DNA of 64,000 nucleotides from a virus: IMG/VR virus record IMGVR_UViG_3300015371_000001, positions 32,001 to 96,000 of that record; one strand, 5' to 3'. Shown piece by piece: positions 55,979 to 64,000 of this stretch (position 1 is its first letter; each line of letters starts with the position of its first letter). The notes under the pieces were generated by a model. It saw only the letters and a program-made list of their open reading frames with translations, ran no database searches and was not told where the DNA came from. The position numbers and the translations under genes were made by a program.

Positions 55979-56333
55979 CTGTGTGTTCTGTGAGTTGGCC
56001 GACGAGGCTCGTGAGCGCGGCGAGACAACCTGGTCGAGCGATCAGCCGTGGTTCATCATCGAGGAGAGTGAGAACTACCCGGAGTTCTCGCCGGTCGTGC
56101 CTGGCCATTTCATGACGGTGCCGACGTATCACTACGACACTGCGATCTCCGAGCCGTACATCGCCGGGTATGCGGTCACTCGTGCTGTGGCGGAGGCCGA
56201 GAGTCGGTCGATTGATGACTTCAACGTGATCATCAACAACGGGGCGGCGGCTGGGCAGACGGTGTTCCACCTGCATGTGCATGTCGTTCCACGCTCGGCG
56301 GACGACGGAGTGGCGATGCCCTGGAGTCCGTAA
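55971..56333 (+). CDS. HIT-family hydrolase
   Basis: DCVFC..PGH..NNGAAAGQTVFHLHVHVVPR. Confidence 0.9.
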   Translation: MADCVFCELADEARERGETTWSSDQPWFIIEESENYPEFSPVVPGHFMTVPTYHYDTAISEPYIAGYAVTRAVAEAESRSIDDFNVIINNGAAAGQTVFHLHVHVVPRSADDGVAMPWSP

Positions 56334-57290
56334 GTGACTGAGATGACGGTCGAGCAGCAGAGGCTCGTTACTGACCACATCTACATCGCCGACACGATGG
56401 CGGTGAAGGTGTGGCGGACCGCTCCATACGCGCTGGAGCTAGACGAGTTGAAGTCTCTGGCCTACATGGGGCTGGTCATGGCGGCGGTGCGGTGGGAGCC
56501 GTACTGCGAGGAGCGAGGCTTCGATCCAACGCACCTCCAGTACTTCGTGGCGTTCGCTCAGCGTCGGTCCAAGGGTGCTGTCATGGACGCCTTGCGGACT
56601 CAGGATTGGGCCAATCGGTCGTTGCGCTCGCGTTACAAGATGCTTCAGGAGGCAGGACTAGAGCGGGGAGCCACCGAGACGGAGATGGCTTCGAAGTCAG
56701 GGCTATCGATGGCGGAGGTGCGCAGCACCAAGCTCGGGATGGCTCGCAGGCCGGTCAGTCTCGACACGAGTGAGGTGGACGTAGGGGGAGCACCGGGGAC
56801 GGTCGAGTCCTCGGTGCTGGCGACCGAGTTGCTGAAGTCGACGGTGGCAGCGGTCGAGCAGTTGGACGAAGTCAGTCAGACGGTGATTGCGCTCCGCTAC
56901 TACTCCGGCATGGAGATCAAAGAGGTGGCGGCTCAGATGGGGCTCACCGAGTCGAGGGCGTCGCACATTCACACCGACGCCGTCCTCAAAGTGCATGAGG
57001 TTCTGAAGCAGACGGCGATGGGAGAGCGGAACGTGGAGATCATCTACAACGTGCAGTCGGTCAAGAACGTGGACCCCGGCAAGTGGAAGTGGTTCCGTAA
57101 GACGACGCCGACCAAGATGTTGCCAGCCAGGGGGCCGTGCAAGATCATCACCGTGGGGAACGTGCCGGTCTCCCTGCCAGCGGGTTGGGAGGGGTTTGTT
57201 GCAGTGGACAGTGAAGGATTCCCTTACCCGGTGGACGGGCTGGTCCATGCGGACACGTACGAGGAGACGGAGGCACCCGATGAGCCGTGA
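56334..57290 (+). CDS. FliA/WhiG-like sigma factor with C-terminal extra domain
   Basis: ELKSLAYMGLV, FAQRRSKGAVMDALRTQDW..RSLR, region 4 VIALRYYSGMEIKEVAAQMGLTESRASHIHTDA. Confidence 0.85.
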   Translation: MTEMTVEQQRLVTDHIYIADTMAVKVWRTAPYALELDELKSLAYMGLVMAAVRWEPYCEERGFDPTHLQYFVAFAQRRSKGAVMDALRTQDWANRSLRSRYKMLQEAGLERGATETEMASKSGLSMAEVRSTKLGMARRPVSLDTSEVDVGGAPGTVESSVLATELLKSTVAAVEQLDEVSQTVIALRYYSGMEIKEVAAQMGLTESRASHIHTDAVLKVHEVLKQTAMGERNVEIIYNVQSVKNVDPGKWKWFRKTTPTKMLPARGPCKIITVGNVPVSLPAGWEGFVAVDSEGFPYPVDGLVHADTYEETEAPDEP

Positions 57291-57426
57291 GGAGCAACTG
57301 GCGCTGGCCGAGCATCTGGCCGATACTTACCCTGACCGACCTGTCTACGCGAGGCGTGTGGAGACGCTGCGCTGGCTGATGGAGCACTTCCCCTACGAGG
57401 GGTCGAAGATCTTGGTATGGGACTAG
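57280..57426 (+). CDS. Small hypothetical protein
   Basis: GGAGG SD, ATG at 57280. Confidence 0.55.
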   Translation: MSREEQLALAEHLADTYPDRPVYARRVETLRWLMEHFPYEGSKILVWD

Positions 57427-57503
57427 ACAGAAAAGCCGATATAGAGGTAGCATGTCTCCTAGCGGCCCAAGTGGGCTGACTACAACTAGGAGAACAAAAC
57501 AGG

Positions 57504-58043
57504 ATGAAGAACCCAATTAGCATCACTAGTAACACCACACGGATTTCGGTCACGTTCCGCTGGGAGCCTGGGACCGGCCCGCACTTCGCTCGGCCTGGCT
57601 ACGAAGCTCCCGAGGTGTCGTTTCACGAGATCACGGCAGTTTCGAACTGCCCTGTGCGCCACCAGGAAATCACCATCGACGGTCGTGGCCACTACATCGA
57701 CTCTGACGGCAACCTTCAGGCGGACCTTGGTCCGCGCAGCATGGGGACGACTGGCATCGAGCACCCCAACATCCCCGAGGTGCTTCGGCACATGCTGTTC
57801 GAGGCGCTGCTTGAGGAGGCCGGGAAGGTCCTGGAAGGTAGCCGTGCGAACCACGGCGACTGCCCTGGCGGCTTGGGTTGTATCTGCAACCAGCCTGATG
57901 AGCCTGTTGCGCCCGACGACCTGGAGCAGGTCGTGGACGAGGCGATCCGCACGCGGAAGCCTGCGATCCCGGTCCACGACTGTGACGACTGGCACGACGG
58001 CGAGTGCTCTCGTTGTGGTCCGACGGGCAGGTGGAGTCGATGA
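57504..58043 (+). CDS. Hypothetical protein
   Basis: AGGAG SD; C-terminal HDCDDW..CSRCG. Confidence 0.65.
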   Translation: MKNPISITSNTTRISVTFRWEPGTGPHFARPGYEAPEVSFHEITAVSNCPVRHQEITIDGRGHYIDSDGNLQADLGPRSMGTTGIEHPNIPEVLRHMLFEALLEEAGKVLEGSRANHGDCPGGLGCICNQPDEPVAPDDLEQVVDEAIRTRKPAIPVHDCDDWHDGECSRCGPTGRWSR

Positions 58044-58438
58044 ACCTCAACGACTACTACTGTCACGACTGCCGTGACTGGCAGGCTGCCAGGCGCACCT
58101 CCGGTAAGGGCCGGGAGTGCCTGACCTGTGGCCACCAGATCCAGTGCGATGACTGCGGAGCAGGCTGGCACGACGATCATGTCTGCTACACCCCGCCGAT
58201 CACTCCGGATGGCCTGGAGAACGAGATCAAGGACTTGGTCTACAACGGCTTCACCCGTGAGGAGGCGGCGGCGCAGGTCGCCGACGCCAACGGTGGAGGC
58301 GACGGCTTCAGGGAACGGCTTCTGTCGCTCCTGCCGGAGGGTCCCCTTCCGGGCGAGGGTCCGATGGACAAGGGCCTGGAGATCGACGCCGGGATCTACT
58401 CGGCTGCGGTCGCCGCTGTGAGGAGGCGACGCCGATGA
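58040..58438 (+). CDS. Zinc-ribbon hypothetical protein
   Basis: Three CxxC motifs; ATGA overlap. Confidence 0.65.
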   Translation: MNLNDYYCHDCRDWQAARRTSGKGRECLTCGHQIQCDDCGAGWHDDHVCYTPPITPDGLENEIKDLVYNGFTREEAAAQVADANGGGDGFRERLLSLLPEGPLPGEGPMDKGLEIDAGIYSAAVAAVRRRRR

Positions 58439-58725
58439 ACGCACCTGACGGTCTTTACACCGATACGGTCGTGGACCTGTTCCTTCTCTGGAGTAAGGAA
58501 GGTGACGGCCCGAAGTTCAAGCGGCAGGGCTCGGACGTGGAGTACGAGTACAAGTCGATGAAGCTGACTGGCCGACTTCCCCTTGTCCGCGAGGCCGTGA
58601 TCATTACGGCCAATCCGCGAGGCTACCCGCTCAGCGCAAGCCACCAGTTGCTTTGGTCGGATTTGCCGGAGGACGTGTTCGAAGGACTTTGGGATCTCCT
58701 GACGAAGGAGGTGGCCAAGAAATGA
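58435..58725 (+). CDS. Hypothetical protein
   Basis: AGGAGG SD; ATGA overlap. Confidence 0.65.
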   Translation: MNAPDGLYTDTVVDLFLLWSKEGDGPKFKRQGSDVEYEYKSMKLTGRLPLVREAVIITANPRGYPLSASHQLLWSDLPEDVFEGLWDLLTKEVAKK

Positions 58726-58874
58726 GACCAATCATGATGTGCCCTGGTGCTCCTGCCGGAGGGCATCTGTCAGGGGGTTACTGGCACCCCGGAGCTATCG
58801 AGACGTGCTCCAAAGGCCGGTGCGAGGACTACAACAAACAGGATGTGAAGCAGCATGATCAACGAGCAGCATGA
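58722..58874 (+). CDS. Small hypothetical protein
   Basis: AAGGAGG SD; ATGA overlap. Confidence 0.5.
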   Translation: MRPIMMCPGAPAGGHLSGGYWHPGAIETCSKGRCEDYNKQDVKQHDQRAA

Positions 58875-59007
58875 CGCGCTGGCTGAAGCGCTCTACAACG
58901 CCTGGAATCGGCGTACGGCGTTCCAGTGGAAGCTGGAGCACTGGCGCGAGGTCGTCGGCGACGACGAGGTTCAGGCGCTCCTGTCGGAGGGAGGTGAGCG
59001 TGCATGA
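58855..59007 (+). CDS. Small hypothetical protein (50 aa)
   Basis: MINEQHDALAEAL...; ATGA overlap with the next gene. Confidence 0.5.
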   Translation: MINEQHDALAEALYNAWNRRTAFQWKLEHWREVVGDDEVQALLSEGGERA

Positions 59008-59354
59008 AGTGGCTGAAAATGCTTCTGGCTAGTGCGCTGGTCGTACTCACCTTCGGGTGTGCCCACGCTGACAGCGAGCCGTCTAAGCCCAGCGTCGACT
59101 ATGACTCCTGGCGGACCCAGATGAGGTCGCAGGCGATGACGCAGGGACAGGACTTGGATCTGACGGTGTACCGCGACGTGTTCCAGAACGATGTCTGCAA
59201 GATGGACGATGGTTCGTTCGATTACTTCGTTGCCGGGTCGGTCGATGACGGCACTGTCGAGTACGCCCGTATCAGCATCAAGTACTTCTGTTCTGACCGG
59301 ACAGCGGACCTGGAAGATGCGCTCGACATAGTCGGCTACACGCCGCCCTCATAG
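59004..59354 (+). CDS. Putative lipoprotein
   Basis: MKWLK plus hydrophobic stretch and TFGC lipobox-like site. Confidence 0.65.
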   Translation: MKWLKMLLASALVVLTFGCAHADSEPSKPSVDYDSWRTQMRSQAMTQGQDLDLTVYRDVFQNDVCKMDDGSFDYFVAGSVDDGTVEYARISIKYFCSDRTADLEDALDIVGYTPPS

Positions 59355-59536
59355 ACCGAGTGCCGGGGCGTCAACGGAGTTTCCTATGGGACCTTTCCTT
59401 CGAAGGGCGGTCATGATGGAGGTTTTTCATCCCTGTTCCCTCCTAGCCGTACCTGCGCCCCGGCACTCTCCCGATTCGATGCACATGGTGTTGTAGATCG
59501 TCTACATCGCCTAGTACGCTGGCTGTTGGAGGCAGC

Positions 59537-59872
59537 ATGAATCTTGTTCTTGACATCCTCGATTGGGTCCTTGCCGTCGTCATCCTGGTCATCTTCGTGT
59601 TCTTCACCGCGTCGGCGCTGTACCCGTGGTGGAACAAGACGAAGCAGGTTCGACTGCTCGGCTGGCCGACTCTGGTGGCATGGCTCGCCTCGTGGGCGAT
59701 TCTGTTCTACTTCGTGGACGTGATCGTGGACGGCTTCAAGGAGTTCGTCGGCTTCATGCTCGGGGTCGTTCTGATCCTCGGGATTGAGCGCATGTACCGG
59801 CGTGCCGATACAGCACATTTGAACTATTTGTTGAAGAACGCACCTAAGCGGGAGCCTGACGACGATGAGTGA
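59537..59872 (+). CDS. Three-TM membrane protein
   Basis: GGAGGCAGC-ATG; hydrophobic helices. Confidence 0.7.
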   Translation: MNLVLDILDWVLAVVILVIFVFFTASALYPWWNKTKQVRLLGWPTLVAWLASWAILFYFVDVIVDGFKEFVGFMLGVVLILGIERMYRRADTAHLNYLLKNAPKREPDDDE

Positions 59873-60182
59873 GTCCTACGTCGAGATCGACCGGATGCGT
59901 CTGGTCGCCGAGCGCCTGCGTACCAAGTGGCGCATGGTGTCTCAGAAGGGGTTGCCGAAGTACCAAGTCAGGAATCGAGCCGCCGACTTCGCGCTGGCTG
60001 ACTGGCTGGACTTCGTGGCCAACACGCACGAGGAGGACCCGACCGACTACTGCCGAGGCGGTGGTCATGCCGATTTTGTGTTGGGCGACCCCGGTCCGGT
60101 TCACCCTTGCACCTCGTGGTGGTGCCAGAACATGGACCAAGCGTTGAAGTTCACCAACGCCTTTTTGATGGAGACGACATGA
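59865..60182 (+). CDS. Hypothetical protein
   Basis: ALADWLD motif; tiles with neighbours. Confidence 0.65.
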   Translation: MSESYVEIDRMRLVAERLRTKWRMVSQKGLPKYQVRNRAADFALADWLDFVANTHEEDPTDYCRGGGHADFVLGDPGPVHPCTSWWCQNMDQALKFTNAFLMETT

Positions 60183-60319
60183 TTGAGATTGGAATGCACC
60201 TGGCCTGGACCATCTGCATCTCCGTTATCGCGATGGCCTTCGCGATCAGCGAGTTGGGCCACAAGAACTGCGTGCCCAAGGACCATAAGTGTCTCGCTGA
60301 GGACGACAACGATGGCTAG
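60179..60319 (+). CDS. Small TM protein
   Basis: ATGA overlap; hydrophobic helix. Confidence 0.5.
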   Translation: MIEIGMHLAWTICISVIAMAFAISELGHKNCVPKDHKCLAEDDNDG

Positions 60320-60749
60320 GTTGTCCACCGGGATCTGCTTGGTCGCTGGCACTTGTACTGGCACTGTGTTCGGTCAGTCGTGGTGGCTCTTGACGATCCC
60401 GTACGTCTTGTACTCCGTGTTCGTGATCGTGTGGGCGGAGAGCTTCGTGGAGTTCTATCGGTGGGACGGCGAGGCGTTGCTGCTTTCGTCTGGCTTCGTG
60501 GCGCTCGGCACCTTGTTCCTGGCGTTCGCCATGACGACCGGTCCTGGCTGGCTGTTCGCGATGGTCGTGCTGATGTATGGGTTGACGATGATCAATCAGA
60601 TGTATACTCCACACATCATGCGAGTAGGTTGGCAGAGGCAGCGGCGAGGGCTCGACACCGAGCTTGCTGACAAGCTGCCCTACACTACCGACCTGGGCGC
60701 GATGCGCGACCGGTTCCGGCTCGGTCTGAAGGAGCACGCAGGCCGATGA
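60312..60749 (+). CDS. Four-TM membrane protein
   Basis: ATG at 60312; hydrophobic helices. Confidence 0.65.
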   Translation: MARLSTGICLVAGTCTGTVFGQSWWLLTIPYVLYSVFVIVWAESFVEFYRWDGEALLLSSGFVALGTLFLAFAMTTGPGWLFAMVVLMYGLTMINQMYTPHIMRVGWQRQRRGLDTELADKLPYTTDLGAMRDRFRLGLKEHAGR

Positions 60750-60994
60750 AGGCATACGTACTGGTTCAGATCGAGGCCGACGACGCCGAGCACACCCGTA
60801 TCCGAGTGGGCTCGATTCGGAAGGCGATCCACGGGATGGCGGAGTCCTTCGGGTACGAGAAGCAGGTCGCCGACATGCCGTTCTACGAGGACGAGGAGCG
60901 TACCTACGTCGGCACGCTCTCGTCGTATCCCGCGCTCGACAAGGAGTTCGAGCGGCACCGGAAGGTATGGCGAGGCGTGAAGGGGCAGCGATGA
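60746..60994 (+). CDS. Hypothetical protein
   Basis: ATGA overlaps. Confidence 0.6.
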   Translation: MKAYVLVQIEADDAEHTRIRVGSIRKAIHGMAESFGYEKQVADMPFYEDEERTYVGTLSSYPALDKEFERHRKVWRGVKGQR

Positions 60995-61461
60995 AGGATC
61001 GGCTTCAGTCGGCGGTTGACTCCGCCCGCGACCTCGGTGGTTTCTTTCTCTACAACTGGCCCATGTGGATCTTCACGGCAGTGTGGTGCGGCGGTCAGTT
61101 GGTGTTCTTGATGACGACCGTGGTCAACAACATCTTCTTCGACTCGGAGACGTACGCCAAGTACGAGTCCATCGTCTCCTTGACGTGGTTCGTGGTTGGT
61201 GGTGTCTGGCTCTTGATGCGCTCGCTCCTCTGGCCAGATCGGACCAGGCTGCGACAGGAACAGTGGAGGCGTCGGTGGCCGCTCTACATTTGTGGACGGA
61301 CGCAGACCGAGGGCGATGTCACCCACACCTGCGATCTGAAGAAGCACCACCCAGGCTTTCGGCACTCATGCCAGTGCCTCAGGGCTGGACATGCTTCAGG
61401 CCATGCTGGGATCTTCATGTGGGTCTACACCCAGCATGGCGTTCCCGTCGACCTGCTGTGA
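60991..61461 (+). CDS. Two-TM protein with His/Cys C-terminus
   Basis: Two TM helices; CDLKKHHPG.H.C.C..GH.GH. Confidence 0.65.
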   Translation: MKDRLQSAVDSARDLGGFFLYNWPMWIFTAVWCGGQLVFLMTTVVNNIFFDSETYAKYESIVSLTWFVVGGVWLLMRSLLWPDRTRLRQEQWRRRWPLYICGRTQTEGDVTHTCDLKKHHPGFRHSCQCLRAGHASGHAGIFMWVYTQHGVPVDLL

Positions 61462-61579
61462 AAAACGGCTCGAAGTGAGTATCTAGACGATAGTCGTCCG
61501 GCTCCGGTGCGATAGGGACAGCTAAGGGTTTTGAAGTACCAGAGCATTGTGGAAGTACCTGCTACAAGGAGGCAGAGTA

Positions 61580-61870
61580 GTGAGTGAGGCAGTCGGCGCG
61601 GGAGCGCTGAGCGAGGACGAGGCGCAGCGCGCCCTCCAGAACGCCATCAACACCGAGATCTCGTCGGGGTGGCGTGTGGAATCCCAGATCCCCGGTCAGG
61701 CGACCCTGGCGAAGGGCCGTCACATCAATCACATCGGGCACGGTGTGGCCACCGTGTTGACCTGCGGGTTGTGGGCCCCGGTGTGGGCCATCTCCTGGGC
61801 GGTCAACAGGCGTCAGGTGCAAAGCCTGTCGGTCGACCAGTACGGCAACGTCCAGCGGCAGAAGCTCTGA
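61580..61870 (+). CDS. Small membrane protein
   Basis: AGGAGG SD; INHIGHGVATVLTCGLWAPVW motif. Confidence 0.7.
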   Translation: MSEAVGAGALSEDEAQRALQNAINTEISSGWRVESQIPGQATLAKGRHINHIGHGVATVLTCGLWAPVWAISWAVNRRQVQSLSVDQYGNVQRQKL

Positions 61871-61877
61871 GGTCATC

Positions 61878-62114
61878 GTGGAGACCGTGTTCTGGAGCGC
61901 CGTGTTCGCCGTAGCGGTGTGCGCGCCGAGCGCGTTGCTGTGTTGGGCGATGAGCCGGAGGATCAAGGCGGACTACCGCGAGGCACGGGCCAAGGCGAAG
62001 GCCGAGCACCAGGCGCGGATGGCCGCGATCCTGGCAGAGTTCGACCGAGAGCTTGAGCGACAAGGACTTCTGAGCGAGGTCAAGAACACCGAACAAGAGA
62101 GGCAGCAACCGTGA
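61878..62114 (+). CDS. Single-TM protein
   Basis: N-terminal TM helix plus helical tail. Confidence 0.6.
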   Translation: METVFWSAVFAVAVCAPSALLCWAMSRRIKADYREARAKAKAEHQARMAAILAEFDRELERQGLLSEVKNTEQERQQP

Positions 62115-62653
62115 GCGTAGAGAAGCGAGCAGCGCGCGTCCTGGCCGAGGCCGAGGAGCTATTGGACCAGGGCTGGATTCAGGGCACCGAGTGGGACGCC
62201 AATGGGAACCACTGCATGAGGGGCGCGATCAACGAGGTGATCGACAACCAGGTCACCCTCCGGGTCCGTCCGGGACTGCGGAAGAAGGTGCTTCACGCAG
62301 CGGTGGGAGCCACCAACACCGTGGTCACCAAGCAGTCGAGTTATCTCGGCGACGACACCCTGGTCTCCAAGCTGTGCTACGGGATGGAGTCGTACAACGA
62401 CACTTCCGGACGCACCAAGGAGCAGTGCCAGGGCGCGTTCAGGGCGGCGCGGCGCGGGTTGCTGGACGGACGGTTCGTGTTCGACCGGCACGCGCTACGC
62501 GCGATCACCGTGCAGGAGCCGAAGAAGGCCAAGGCACCTGCGCTGCCACCGGCTCCTCCGGAGCCCAGCTACAAGGGTGTGCCCAGCTTCGCGCCGTCGG
62601 CCAAGAAGCCGGTGAGCGAGAAGAAGGCACGCCGGGAGAAGGTCCACGCATGA
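62111..62653 (+). CDS. 'GWxQ...WND' paralog family protein
   Basis: AEELLDQGWIQG..HCMRGAI..SYNDTSGRTKEQC. Confidence 0.75.
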   Translation: MSVEKRAARVLAEAEELLDQGWIQGTEWDANGNHCMRGAINEVIDNQVTLRVRPGLRKKVLHAAVGATNTVVTKQSSYLGDDTLVSKLCYGMESYNDTSGRTKEQCQGAFRAARRGLLDGRFVFDRHALRAITVQEPKKAKAPALPPAPPEPSYKGVPSFAPSAKKPVSEKKARREKVHA

Positions 62654-63105
62654 GCCCCGAGCCGGAGCAGGTCGCCGAGGTCCTGGAGGACGCCGCCGAC
62701 CTGATCGAGTCCGGGTGGTGCCAGGGGACCTGGACGCGCAAGGCGGTGACCTGGAACGGGCAGGATGCCGGGGAGGAGGTCTGCGCGTCGGAGGCGATCT
62801 CGCGGATGGTCTGGAACAACACCAGCACCAAAGCCGAGCAGGTCGAGTTGTCGACTGCTGCGCACCGAGCGGTGCTCGAACACCTGGGCCCTGAGGAGTT
62901 GAAGCACCTGACCGAGCGGCTGGAGGTCGACCGGCAGCATGGTGATGGCTTCTTGACACCACACATCGTGCTTTCGCGGACTCGCGACCCTGTCATCGCC
63001 TGGAACGACCGTCCGTCCATCGACGGCGGGCCGAATAAGCAGGAGGTCCTGGACACCTTCCGAGGTGCGGCCAAGGACGTACTGAAGCCTGAGGAGGCAG
63101 CATGA
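62650..63105 (+). CDS. 'GWxQ...WND' paralog family protein
   Basis: AADLIESGWCQG..VCASEAI..AWNDR..KQEVLDTFR. Confidence 0.75.
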   Translation: MSPEPEQVAEVLEDAADLIESGWCQGTWTRKAVTWNGQDAGEEVCASEAISRMVWNNTSTKAEQVELSTAAHRAVLEHLGPEELKHLTERLEVDRQHGDGFLTPHIVLSRTRDPVIAWNDRPSIDGGPNKQEVLDTFRGAAKDVLKPEEAA

Positions 63106-63647
63106 GTGAGGCGCGACTGAGCGCAATCGACCAGGTCATCGTGGACGCGATCCGGGGCGGGGCCGAGATCATCGAGCGGGACGGCTGGACCAAGGGCGAC
63201 CTGCACGCACCGACCGGTGAGCACTGCGCGTTGGGCGCGCTCGACGCCTGGCTGACCGAGCACACCCGTCACGGGACGGCGCTTGAGTACCTGAGGCTTC
63301 GTGAGCAGGTGCAGCAGGTGGTGAACCTGCATGTGCAGGACACGACGCGGTACTCCAACGTGGCGAGGTTCAACGACGCCACCCGGACCACCTACGCCGG
63401 TCAGGTGACTCGCAAGCTGCGGGAGGCGGCTGCCTGGTACGAGCGGACCCGGCTCGCTCAGGTCATGGGTTCGCTGACTGAGGTCGAGGCTGCGCTGAAG
63501 GCGGAGGCCAAGGCTGAGAAGAAGGCAGCAAAGGCCGAGCGCCGTGAGCAGCGCAAGATCAAGCGCAAGGCGCGGCGTTGGGGCCGGTCGCCGGTCACCT
63601 GGCCAGCCGAGGAGCAGGTCACCGACAAGGCCGAGGAGCGGGTGTGA
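63102..63647 (+). CDS. 'GWxQ...WND' paralog family protein
   Basis: AEIIERDGWTKG..HCALGAL..RFND..QVTRKLREAA. Confidence 0.75.
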   Translation: MSEARLSAIDQVIVDAIRGGAEIIERDGWTKGDLHAPTGEHCALGALDAWLTEHTRHGTALEYLRLREQVQQVVNLHVQDTTRYSNVARFNDATRTTYAGQVTRKLREAAAWYERTRLAQVMGSLTEVEAALKAEAKAEKKAAKAERREQRKIKRKARRWGRSPVTWPAEEQVTDKAEERV

Positions 63648-64000
63648 GCACGACGATGGCGATTTCGGCGCTGGACATCCTGCCGGTCTATGACTCGGAG
63701 ACTTCGGAGGTCATCGGCGGGTTCGACCGGACGGTTCAGCGGGACGACTCCGAGCGGACCGCCGAGATCTGTGAGAACGCGGCCAAGCTCATCGAGGAGC
63801 GAGGTTGGACCCAGGACACCGCCGTCGGCGCGAACGGCGGTGTCTGTCTGGTCGAGGCGCTGACCCGCGCCGCGCTGGACAAGGTGATCTTCACCAGTGG
63901 CGGGGCCGACGAGTCGGTTCGGGCGGCGTTCCAGAGGGCGCTGGACCACATGGAGTGGACGCTGTTCGGCTCCAAGACGCTGGACGAGGGCTACAACATG
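63644..64000 (+). CDS. 'GWxQ...WND' paralog family protein (truncated by window end)
   Basis: GTGA overlap; AAKLIEERGWTQ..VCLVEAL; frame open to 64000. Confidence 0.7.
   Translation, partial: MSTTMAISALDILPVYDSETSEVIGGFDRTVQRDDSERTAEICENAAKLIEERGWTQDTAVGANGGVCLVEALTRAALDKVIFTSGGADESVRAAFQRALDHMEWTLFGSKTLDEGYNM

Noticed and set aside
1-64000. Long minus-strand ORFs (e.g. 1139-2173, 11840-12928, 29619-30755, 38204-39244)
   Set aside because: Antisense shadows of GC3-rich plus-strand genes, with no recognisable motifs
1-64000. Stop-codon reassignment, DGR or retron
   Set aside because: Core genes are intact in the standard code, and no reverse transcriptase motifs were seen

Overview
This is a 64 kb segment of a large, GC-rich tailed phage genome with siphovirus-type tail genes; the host is probably actinobacterial. 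Essentially all credible genes lie on the + strand. It holds most of the virion morphogenesis genes: terminase large subunit, a 1987-aa portal fused to toxin-like domains, MuF-like protein, protease/scaffold, decoration protein, major capsid, head-tail connectors, major tail, frameshifted tail chaperone, 2618-aa tape measure, Dit and tail tip/fibre. These are scattered among dozens of small accessory ORFs. Also present are a GH25 endolysin, holin-like membrane genes, a SNF2-like helicase, HIT, MazG-like, glycosyltransferase and UTRA-domain genes, and a FliA/WhiG-like sigma factor. The strongest novel signal is at 14.6-17.0 kb. A 246-aa unknown protein is followed directly by a ~470-nt structured RNA containing two circularly permuted tRNA-like modules (T-arm, then a closed acceptor stem, then D-arm, as in YrlA Y RNAs) and repeated CAAGTTCAT motifs. 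A second ~540-nt structured RNA with its own promoter lies just downstream, and three GTTG-N8-CAAC boxes mark the locus. Other highlights are a CCGAT(A/G)A (sigma28-like -10) motif exactly 7 nt before the GTG start of several late genes, small genes nested out of frame inside larger ORFs, and a six-member paralog family. All family assignments come from motif recognition by eye; no database search was run.
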